This document shows, in pieces, positions 1-7,414 of a stretch of 52,911 nt of DNA. The notes beneath the pieces were generated by a model, which was given only the letters and a program-made list of their open reading frames with translations, was not told the origin of the DNA and ran no database searches. Numbering within the stretch: the first letter of the stretch is position 1; the number at the start of each line of letters is the position of its first letter. Origin of the DNA: a virus (lineage: Duplodnaviria; Caudoviricetes); the IMG/VR virus record IMGVR_UViG_3300032242_000759, positions 1 through 52,911 of that record. One strand, 5' to 3'. A program made the position numbers and the translations under genes.

Positions 1-123
1 AATTTGTGAAAAAAATATTGGGGTTGTAAATGAATCTCGCTGACGTACTCAAGGCCTTGTTGCCAATACTGGTGGCCTGCATAGGCTGGCTCTTGAGTGA
101 AGTCAGTTCTTTTCAGACACGCC
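1..123 (+). repeat. 123-bp direct terminal repeat, left copy (identical to 52789-52911)
   Basis: AATTTGTGAAAAAAATATTGGGG...TTTCAGACACGCC is present at both ends. The ORF at 52602-52817 and the start of ORF 30-296 read continuously across the junction, consistent with a circular or permuted genome. Confidence 0.97.
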
Positions 124-296
124 TCACCCAAATTGAAGGGAAGATGCCTGCGCTCATTACGAGTGAAGGCATCCCCACTGACAGTCCTATTTCGGCTGAA
201 CGCAGGCATGCACTGCGCAACGAGATAGAAAAAGAAATCGTCGACTTGCAGGTGCGCGTTCGCCTCATGGAAGAGCGTCAAAGGATGGCGAAATGA
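30..296 (+). CDS. Small membrane-anchored coiled-coil protein of the lysis region
   Basis: N-terminal hydrophobic segment (LLPILVACIGWLL) followed by heptad-like segments; ATGA overlap with the next gene. Confidence 0.6.
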   Translation: MNLADVLKALLPILVACIGWLLSEVSSFQTRLTQIEGKMPALITSEGIPTDSPISAERRHALRNEIEKEIVDLQVRVRLMEERQRMAK

Positions 297-790
297 ACTG
301 GCTTGAACAAGTAGCACCGACTATTGCCACGGCCCTTGGAGGCCCGTTGGCTGGCCTTGCCGTTGAAGCCGTGTCCAAAGCCCTTGGCGTGGATGGTGAG
401 CAGGCCAAAGCCATGCTGGACGAAGGCAAGATGACCGCCGATCAGATCGCTCAGGTCAAGGTGGCCGAACTGGAACTTCAAAAGCAGGCTCAGGCCCTTG
501 GCCTCAACTTTGAGCAATTGGCTGTGGAAGACCGCAAGTCGGCACGAGACATGCAGATCGCCACCAAGTCGTATTTGGTGCCTTCGCTGGCCGTGATCAT
601 CGTCACCTCGTTCATTGGCGTGGTGGTGGCAACACTGGCTGGGTTTTCGAAGATCGAGTCGGCTATGGCAGGCACCCTGATCGGGTATTTGTCGGCCAAA
701 GCCGAGCAGGTGATCTCGTTCTACTTTGGGTCGTCTGCTGGTAGCCAAGCCAAAGACCACATGATCTACAACTCGACGCCCAACAAATGA
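293..790 (+). CDS. Putative holin (3TM-holin-like)
   Basis: IATALGGPLAGLA N-terminus, DRKSARDMQ motif, two C-terminal TM segments and FYFGSSAGS; directly upstream of the endolysin. Confidence 0.7.
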   Translation: MNWLEQVAPTIATALGGPLAGLAVEAVSKALGVDGEQAKAMLDEGKMTADQIAQVKVAELELQKQAQALGLNFEQLAVEDRKSARDMQIATKSYLVPSLAVIIVTSFIGVVVATLAGFSKIESAMAGTLIGYLSAKAEQVISFYFGSSAGSQAKDHMIYNSTPNK

Positions 791-1215
791 ACCTTTCCGA
801 GCACTTCACCCTTGAGGAATTGACGATCACGGATCACCGTGAGTTCGACAACACCCCAAATGACGCAGAGAAGGCCAATTTGGCCCGTCTGGCGGCCTTT
901 TTGGAGCGGGTGAAGGGGTTGCTAGGTGGCAAGCCCGTTATGGTCAACAGCGCCTTCAGATCGAAGCAGGTGAACGATGCCGTGGGCTCCAAGGACACCA
1001 GCCAGCACCGGATCGGTTGCGCGGCTGACCTGAGGATACCCGGCATGACTCCAGATGAGGTGGTTCGGGCGGTGATTGCGTCCGATCTGCCGTTTGACCA
1101 AGTGATCAGAGAATTTGACCGTTGGACGCATATCAGCGTGCCCAACGCCCCAGAATTAAAACCCCGACGACAAGCGTTGATTATTGACAAGACCGGAACA
1201 AGACCCTTTGCCTAA
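787..1215 (+). CDS. Endolysin, peptidase M15A (Peptidase_M15_3) family
   Basis: LSEHFTLEEL start; SAFRS...N.AVGS..SQHRIGCAAD and WTHIS zinc-ligand motifs. Confidence 0.9.
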   Translation: MNLSEHFTLEELTITDHREFDNTPNDAEKANLARLAAFLERVKGLLGGKPVMVNSAFRSKQVNDAVGSKDTSQHRIGCAADLRIPGMTPDEVVRAVIASDLPFDQVIREFDRWTHISVPNAPELKPRRQALIIDKTGTRPFA

Positions 1216-1258
1216 TTGCTTTTTCAATGGGAAAATAGAACAAAGATGAAGGAATAAT

Positions 1259-1897
1259 ATGACGAACATCCCATCATGGGTGCTGACTTATGACAGCTTA
1301 ACCTCCACAGTGCTCCAGTACTTGGAGCGTAAAGATGCGGCTGTCGTCCAAGCAATTCCTACCTTCATTTCGTTGGCTGAATTTGAAGTTGCTCAAGAGA
1401 TCAAAACCTTAGGCCAATTGCAGGTAGCAAATGCCCTCATGACGATGGGTAACCCGATCCTTCAAAAGCCAGCCCGATGGCGCAAGACTGTGTCCATGAA
1501 TGTGATTGTTGGCGGCAAAAAGCAACCCATCTATCTTCGCAAGTACGAGTACCTTGAGAATTACTGGCCTGACAACACCCAAGTTGATGTGCCCTTGTAC
1601 TACGCAGACACTGACTGGGATCATTGGTACATTGCCCCAACACCTGCGTCTAACTACAATTTTGAAGTGCTCTACTATGAGCGCATCGCACCACTTAGTT
1701 CAACCAATCAGACCAATTGGCTGACACAAAACGCACCGAACGCCATGCTGTTTGGCACGCTGTTGCAAGCAATGCCGTTCCTGAAAAACGATCAGCGAAC
1801 AATTTTCCAACAAAAGTACACCGAGGCGCTCCAAGCCCTGAAAGCTGAAGATGTGGCGCGTGTTGGTGATCGTCAAGCCGTTGCCGTGGATTCCTGA
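1259..1897 (+). CDS. Tail tubular / head-tail adaptor protein
   Basis: YDSL...[23 protein letters not shown] and [23 protein letters not shown] pattern typical of podovirus adaptors; SD GGAA/AAGG upstream. Confidence 0.7.
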   Translation: MTNIPSWVLTYDSLTSTVLQYLERKDAAVVQAIPTFISLAEFEVAQEIKTLGQLQVANALMTMGNPILQKPARWRKTVSMNVIVGGKKQPIYLRKYEYLENYWPDNTQVDVPLYYADTDWDHWYIAPTPASNYNFEVLYYERIAPLSSTNQTNWLTQNAPNAMLFGTLLQAMPFLKNDQRTIFQQKYTEALQALKAEDVARVGDRQAVAVDS

Positions 1898-1899
1898 TC

Positions 1900-3336
1900 A
1901 TGACTAGTTACGTAAACCCATACACCGGACAGACCATCAGCCCATCACAAGTGGGTTATGAAAACCTGACCATTAGCGCAGACACAACGCTTCAATGGCC
2001 TGTCAACGGCAACACCACAAGCGTTGTCGCCAACATCATTGAGATCACTGCCACGATGGGCGCTGGCTCATTCACTGGCTACATCAGCGGCACAACCCTG
2101 ACCATCAGCGCAGTGGCATCTGGCACTTTGAACGTAGGCCAAGTCATCAGCGGGACTGGAATTGCAATCGGAACATCGATTACCGCTTTTGGAACTGGAA
2201 CTGGCGGCGTAGGTAACTACACCGTGTCAATCTCCCAAACCGTGGGATCAAGTGGTTCACAAAGAACCATCACCACATCGCCATTGAAATTGATCATGCC
2301 TCCGGCCACCGAAGTGTCGGTCGGCCAGTCTTCTTTGATCATGAACATTGGTGCGATTGCATTTACGGTGACAGACAACAGTGGCAACACAATCGTATCG
2401 GTTGCATCTGGAATCGCCCAGTACATTTACGTTACCAACAACACCACCATCAATGGCACATGGGATGTTGTTCAATTCGGTGCTGGCACCTCAGCAGCCA
2501 ATGCTGCCACGTTGGCAGGGTACGGTCTCACGGCCATCAACACCACGCTGAACTCACAGACTGCTGTCAGCACGTTTTCTTCTGCCTACACGTTCTTCCC
2601 CGGCGATCGTGCATCTTTGTATGTGTGGACTGGTGGCGCAGGCACAGTGACTTTTCCATCTGCTGCTGACGTGGGCCCCGGCTGGTTTGTGGTAATCAAG
2701 AACGATGGAACAGGAATTTTGAACATTGCCTTGACAGGCACCAACACCATTGACAACCAAGTCAGTGCACAATTGCAAATTGCAGAATCCTTTGTTGTTG
2801 TCTCTGATGGCAACAATTATTTCAGCTATGCATACGGTCAGTCAGCCCAGTTTTTCTTTACCCAATTGGTTAAAAATATTACTGGTGGCACGGTTACTCT
2901 GACATCGGCTGAAGCTTCTAGCATCATCCAAGAGTACCAAGGCACGCTGACATCGAATTGCACGGTGATCCTTCCCCCAACGGTTCAGTTGTACTCGCTG
3001 CAAAACAAAACCACGGGCGCGTTCACGTTGACATTCAAAACGTCTTCTGTGGGCGGCACGACGATCACACTTCCGCAGAACCAAACCATCATTGCGATTT
3101 GCGATGGCACGAACGTCTACAACGCTCAGACTTCAACCTCTTCGTTCATCAATGCATTGACTTTAGGCAACGGCTCTGCTGCATCACCTTCGATGTCATT
3201 TGCTAGTGATGCAAGTACTGGCTTGTACCTTGCGGCCAGCCATCAACTTGGCTTTGCAGTCAATGGGGTGAACGGAGCAACATTGACTCCAACTGGCTTA
3301 CTCGTTCCTGTAGGGATTAACGGTGGAGCGTTCTAA
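1900..3336 (+). CDS. Tail fibre / baseplate-like structural protein
   Basis: Thr/Gly/Ser-rich beta-strand protein; [17 protein letters not shown] fibre motif; ends in GGAF. Confidence 0.7.
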   Translation: MTSYVNPYTGQTISPSQVGYENLTISADTTLQWPVNGNTTSVVANIIEITATMGAGSFTGYISGTTLTISAVASGTLNVGQVISGTGIAIGTSITAFGTGTGGVGNYTVSISQTVGSSGSQRTITTSPLKLIMPPATEVSVGQSSLIMNIGAIAFTVTDNSGNTIVSVASGIAQYIYVTNNTTINGTWDVVQFGAGTSAANAATLAGYGLTAINTTLNSQTAVSTFSSAYTFFPGDRASLYVWTGGAGTVTFPSAADVGPGWFVVIKNDGTGILNIALTGTNTIDNQVSAQLQIAESFVVVSDGNNYFSYAYGQSAQFFFTQLVKNITGGTVTLTSAEASSIIQEYQGTLTSNCTVILPPTVQLYSLQNKTTGAFTLTFKTSSVGGTTITLPQNQTIIAICDGTNVYNAQTSTSSFINALTLGNGSAASPSMSFASDASTGLYLAASHQLGFAVNGVNGATLTPTGLLVPVGINGGAF

Positions 3337-5354
3337 TGACGGCAAAAGTCATCACCCTTCAAGTTGGGCCGGGGATTCAACGCGACGGAACGCAGTTTGC
3401 GTCCGGGACGTATGTGGACGGCCTTTGGGTGAGGTTCCAGTATGGCCGACCACGCAAGATGGCAGGTTACAACGGAGCATTTCTGAACGCATCCGGTGTC
3501 AGTCGCGGGATGATTATGAGCGCCGACAACGGGATCAACTACGTAATCTCTGGCTACAACAACGGTATCGAGAGATGGACAACTGACAATGATGATGCTG
3601 TAGGTTTTGGCCCAATTCCAATTGAGCCAGCAGGTTCGATTGCCACCATCACAATTACCAATCAAGGCTCCGGCTATACCAATGGCACCTATACCAACGT
3701 GCCCATCAATGCGGCTGTTGGATCGGGCGCTGTAGCCACGGTCACAGTTTCCAGCAACTTAGTGTTTAGCGTGGTGATCACTGGCGGCGGCACTGGGTAC
3801 ATTCACAACGAAGCAGTCACCATCAGTTCGGCCAGCATTGGCGGCACTGGATCGGGGTTTGCCGGGTACGTTGAGAACCTTACAACCTATGCACCCAACG
3901 CCAATACTTTGTGGCAGATGGACATTGGTTACGATGCCTTGGGAAACGGCCAGAACAACTTGATTGCTCACCCCGGCCAAAACCTGAGCGACATTTCCTC
4001 AACGGCGAACACGCGCCCCATGTTCGGGCCTTTTACCGGAACATCGCTGTCACCTGTTGGTGTGTTTACTGAAACGGGCACCACGACTAACACATCAACC
4101 ACCGTTACCTTTGCCAACACTAATGTGGCAATTGGTGCTGGCGTATCGGTCTCAGGTGCAGGAATTCAAGCCGGGACTACTGTGGTGTCAGCCTCGACCG
4201 TTGGCGGCGTGTGGACGGCCATTTTGAGCCTTCCAGCCACTGCATCGGGCACGGTGCCTTTGACTTTTGACAACAACATCTCCGTGTCTGGTGGCATCGT
4301 GATGCTGTTTCCATACCTATTCGTGTATGGCAACAACGGCTTGATTCAAAACTGTGCGGCAGGCGACTTCAGTAATTGGACATCGGCTGACTCCAATGCC
4401 AACAACGTCTCCTCGACCAAGGTCATCAAGGGCCTGCCAGTTCGCGGCGGTACGACCTCACCTTCAGGATTGTTTTGGACTTTGGACTCTGTGGTTCGCG
4501 TCAGCTATGCGCCGACCACCGTGGGCAATCAAACCTTGTATTGGAAATATGACCTGATCACTCAGCAGTCATCCATCATCTCCAGTTCATGCGTGATCGA
4601 ATACGACGGCATCTTTTACTGGATTGGCACTGACCGATTCCTCTGCTACAACGGTGTGGTGCAAGAGGTAGAGAACAAGCAGAACAACAACTACTTTTTT
4701 GACAACTTGAACTATGCCCAACGCCAAAAGGTCTGGGTGAGCAAAGTGCCTCGCTGGGGCGAAATCTGGTGGTTCTTTCCATCTGGCAACAGCACCGAAT
4801 GCAACGATTGCATCATTTACAACGTGCGTGAGAAATGCTGGTATGACTCAGGTCAAGCCTTGGGTGCCAAACGCTCTGCTGGCGTGTTTTCTGAAGTGTT
4901 CCAACGTCCTATTTGGGGCGGTACAGAACAGAACACCGCAGGCAGATACACCCTGTGGCAGCACGAAAAAGGCACAGATCGCGTCTACACGAACAACGTG
5001 GACGCAATTGAATCCTATGTTGAGACCAACGTCCTTGGCGCACGCATGGGTCTTGTTGGCTCTGTAGATCAACCCGGAGACAACGTCTGGACTCGCATCG
5101 AAAGAATCGAGCCGGACTTTGTACAAAATGGGACAATGGATGTGATCATCACAGGCAAATCATATGCCGATGACACGGATGACCCGTCTGATCCTTATCC
5201 ATTCAATCCTGACACGCTCAAGATTGATATGAAGGAGCAGCGGCGAGAGATGCGTCTGCGCTTTAGAAGCAACACCCAAAATGGAAATTATTTCATGGGT
5301 CGAGTTTTGTTGAGCATAGACACAGGCGATGTGCGTGGATCAGGTAACCCATAA
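3336..5354 (+). CDS. Tail nozzle / DNA-stabilisation protein (P22 gp10 / T7 gp12 position)
   Basis: PGIQRDGT..WVRFQYGRPRKM start; beta-propeller-like FYWIG..F..YNG and GEIWWFFPS..S.E.N..IIYN motifs; IERIEPDF C-terminal motif; position before the ejection genes. Confidence 0.75.
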   Translation: MTAKVITLQVGPGIQRDGTQFASGTYVDGLWVRFQYGRPRKMAGYNGAFLNASGVSRGMIMSADNGINYVISGYNNGIERWTTDNDDAVGFGPIPIEPAGSIATITITNQGSGYTNGTYTNVPINAAVGSGAVATVTVSSNLVFSVVITGGGTGYIHNEAVTISSASIGGTGSGFAGYVENLTTYAPNANTLWQMDIGYDALGNGQNNLIAHPGQNLSDISSTANTRPMFGPFTGTSLSPVGVFTETGTTTNTSTTVTFANTNVAIGAGVSVSGAGIQAGTTVVSASTVGGVWTAILSLPATASGTVPLTFDNNISVSGGIVMLFPYLFVYGNNGLIQNCAAGDFSNWTSADSNANNVSSTKVIKGLPVRGGTTSPSGLFWTLDSVVRVSYAPTTVGNQTLYWKYDLITQQSSIISSSCVIEYDGIFYWIGTDRFLCYNGVVQEVENKQNNNYFFDNLNYAQRQKVWVSKVPRWGEIWWFFPSGNSTECNDCIIYNVREKCWYDSGQALGAKRSAGVFSEVFQRPIWGGTEQNTAGRYTLWQHEKGTDRVYTNNVDAIESYVETNVLGARMGLVGSVDQPGDNVWTRIERIEPDFVQNGTMDVIITGKSYADDTDDPSDPYPFNPDTLKIDMKEQRREMRLRFRSNTQNGNYFMGRVLLSIDTGDVRGSGNP

Positions 5355-5587
5355 TGGTTTGCTACGACCCACGACACATGACTTGGGATGAGTACTGCAA
5401 ACTCATGGCCGAGTTGTTTGCCCCTAACCAGTTGGGGTATGTGACAGAAGATAACTGGAGAGGCTGGGTCGATGCCTTGTCAGGGATCGGGAATTTCTCT
5501 AACTCAGGGATTCCAGATTCGCGTGGATTTGAGTCATGGCAAGACTGGGCCAAGCAAATGATAGGCATCTTAAATTTGGGGGCATGA
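5354..5587 (+). CDS. Small Trp-rich virion-associated hypothetical protein
   Basis: Coupled to both neighbours (TAATG and ATGA overlaps). Confidence 0.65.
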   Translation: MVCYDPRHMTWDEYCKLMAELFAPNQLGYVTEDNWRGWVDALSGIGNFSNSGIPDSRGFESWQDWAKQMIGILNLGA

Positions 5588-5868
5588 TGGACTTTCTTGA
5601 ACTGTTAAATATGGTGGCGCGTGAGGCGCGTCCCGCATTCCGTGATCTCTCTCCGATAAACAGCATGGAGATGCCGTTTGTTGAGACCGAAATTGACTCT
5701 TTGGATGGCTTGATGGTGGTCATGTACATGTCCATCATTTACGACATTGAAGACGATCTGGTCAAGGATTTCCACCCAGAAACGCCGCAACAGTTGCTTG
5801 ACTTCTTAGTTGAACACAAAAAACGCGATCCGGCATCGGTCGAAGAGGCTAAGGAGATGATCAAATGA
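5584..5868 (+). CDS. Acyl carrier protein (ACP)-like
   Basis: 94-aa acidic protein with EIDSLD (phosphopantetheinyl Ser motif) and the ET.QQLLDFL helix; ATG at 5584 overlaps the upstream TGA. Confidence 0.85.
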   Translation: MMDFLELLNMVAREARPAFRDLSPINSMEMPFVETEIDSLDGLMVVMYMSIIYDIEDDLVKDFHPETPQQLLDFLVEHKKRDPASVEEAKEMIK

Positions 5869-6980
5869 TTTACCTCAGCGACTACCGACTGGCCTATTCC
5901 ACAAACACACAACTACTGGACGATCTGCGCCATCCTCAGGTGGTGAACTGGTTTCCAGAGTCATACGACAAGGTCAAGACTGGCCTTGTGTACCCTCCCC
6001 ACAAAGTTGCTGACAAAGTTATTGACCAAGCTTTGGCAAAGCAATTGCGTGAAGACACGCAGGCCAAGACAGCATTCATCCTTGCTTCAGGCAACAGCCA
6101 CTTTGCTGGCATCAATCCGCTCAAGCTGGAGCCCACCCGGCTGACCTACGAATACAAGTTCCTGCCACTGACGTTGACTCAGGTCTACGCTGGCCGCACG
6201 GCTCAGGCTTTTGGTGCAGCAGATCACATCGTCACCGACTCCAGTGCCTGCGCCTCCAGCATGAAGGTGCTGATGGATGTCCAGACCCTGATGCGCTTTT
6301 ATGGCTTTAACCGGGTGATCGTATTGGCCGTTGAGGATCAAATCAGCAACTTGACGCTAGGTTTCTTCGGCGAGACTGGTGCTTCTCTATGCTGGAAAGA
6401 CGAGAAGGATGGCGCAAAGCCATCAGCCTTTGACAGTGTCAATGGTGGCTTCCATGTGGGCCAAGGTGCCTGTTTGGCCGTTTTTGAGGACGAGGAGACG
6501 GTCAAACGCCGGGGAGTAACCCCTAAAGCACGACTTTTGGGTGCATACACGGCCAGCGAGGACTGTGCAAATGCCATCGGTCAAAGCGATAATGGCGAAG
6601 GCTTTGTGAAAGCCGCCAAAGGAGCCCTCAAAATGGCCGAATTAAGCCCTCAAGACATTGTTGTGGTCAAGTCCCATGGGACAGGTACCAAGTCCAACAA
6701 CAGGGCTGAAAGAGCCGCCATTGAGACCTTGTTCGACAAATTTGTAGCGACCTCGTACAAACAAGTAATCGGCCACACCATGGGTGTCAGTGGCTTACTT
6801 GAAACTTGCATGTTGATCGATGACATGGCTAAGGGCTTTGTGCCGGGCATTCCTAACAGGACAGAAGAAGATGATGTCTTCTTGTCGCATGACCTGTACC
6901 CACCTGAAGGTGCTTTTATTTCTTTGGCGGCTGGCATGGGCAATGTGTACTCAGCCGCAGTAATGACAACGGAGTTGTGA
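5865..6980 (+). CDS. Beta-ketoacyl synthase (FabB/FabF-like ketosynthase)
   Basis: Cys-His-His triad motifs SSACASS, KSHGTGT..N and KQVIGHTMGVSG; also GFHVGQGA and C-terminal AAGMGN. Confidence 0.93.
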   Translation: MIYLSDYRLAYSTNTQLLDDLRHPQVVNWFPESYDKVKTGLVYPPHKVADKVIDQALAKQLREDTQAKTAFILASGNSHFAGINPLKLEPTRLTYEYKFLPLTLTQVYAGRTAQAFGAADHIVTDSSACASSMKVLMDVQTLMRFYGFNRVIVLAVEDQISNLTLGFFGETGASLCWKDEKDGAKPSAFDSVNGGFHVGQGACLAVFEDEETVKRRGVTPKARLLGAYTASEDCANAIGQSDNGEGFVKAAKGALKMAELSPQDIVVVKSHGTGTKSNNRAERAAIETLFDKFVATSYKQVIGHTMGVSGLLETCMLIDDMAKGFVPGIPNRTEEDDVFLSHDLYPPEGAFISLAAGMGNVYSAAVMTTEL

Positions 6981-6981
6981 C

Positions 6982-7413
6982 ATGCCAATAAATTCAAAAC
7001 AACAACACTTGAACTCCGCAGGAGTCATCTCGGATTGGCTCAAGCACAATCCCCAGCCCCATCCACCACAGGTAATGATGGCAGGCATCCTGCAAGAGTT
7101 GAGCGACCCATCCGTAAAGACCAAGCAGTTTGGCAACACTCTTTTTGAAGTCATGCCCGGCAAAGATGGGCAAGCATTTTTCAAAGCTTTCAATGCTGAC
7201 AGCGGCCCAAACTTTGTTGACAACAGCAAATTGTTTTGTGTATGGGCGCGGCGTGTCTTGGGGCTCAAAACTTTGGTCACAGAATTTAGCGATCCATCAC
7301 TTGAGCGTTTGTTCAAGATTATTTCAATGAACCCTCCAATCCCAAAAATGGGGTATCAGGTCTTTCATATGAGCAATGGATCAACTCGTATTGCTTTGAA
7401 TTTGGGGGTTTGA
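6982..7413 (+). CDS. Hypothetical protein, possible degenerate GNAT-fold acyltransferase
   Basis: 143 aa with an alternating beta/alpha pattern (ARRVLGLKTLVTEF...LERLF...MGY). It occupies the nozzle-to-ejection-gene slot that holds a GNAT-like protein (T7 gp13 position) in many podoviruses. The fold is inferred, not searched. Confidence 0.45.
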   Translation: MPINSKQQHLNSAGVISDWLKHNPQPHPPQVMMAGILQELSDPSVKTKQFGNTLFEVMPGKDGQAFFKAFNADSGPNFVDNSKLFCVWARRVLGLKTLVTEFSDPSLERLFKIISMNPPIPKMGYQVFHMSNGSTRIALNLGV

Positions 7414-7414
7414 T

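Noticed and set aside
5584-6980. Host contamination, a PKS cluster, or a general fatty-acid auxiliary metabolic gene set
   Set aside because: The genes overlap phage structural genes on both sides, and no other FAS/PKS enzymes are present. A metabolic role is not excluded but fits the context poorly.
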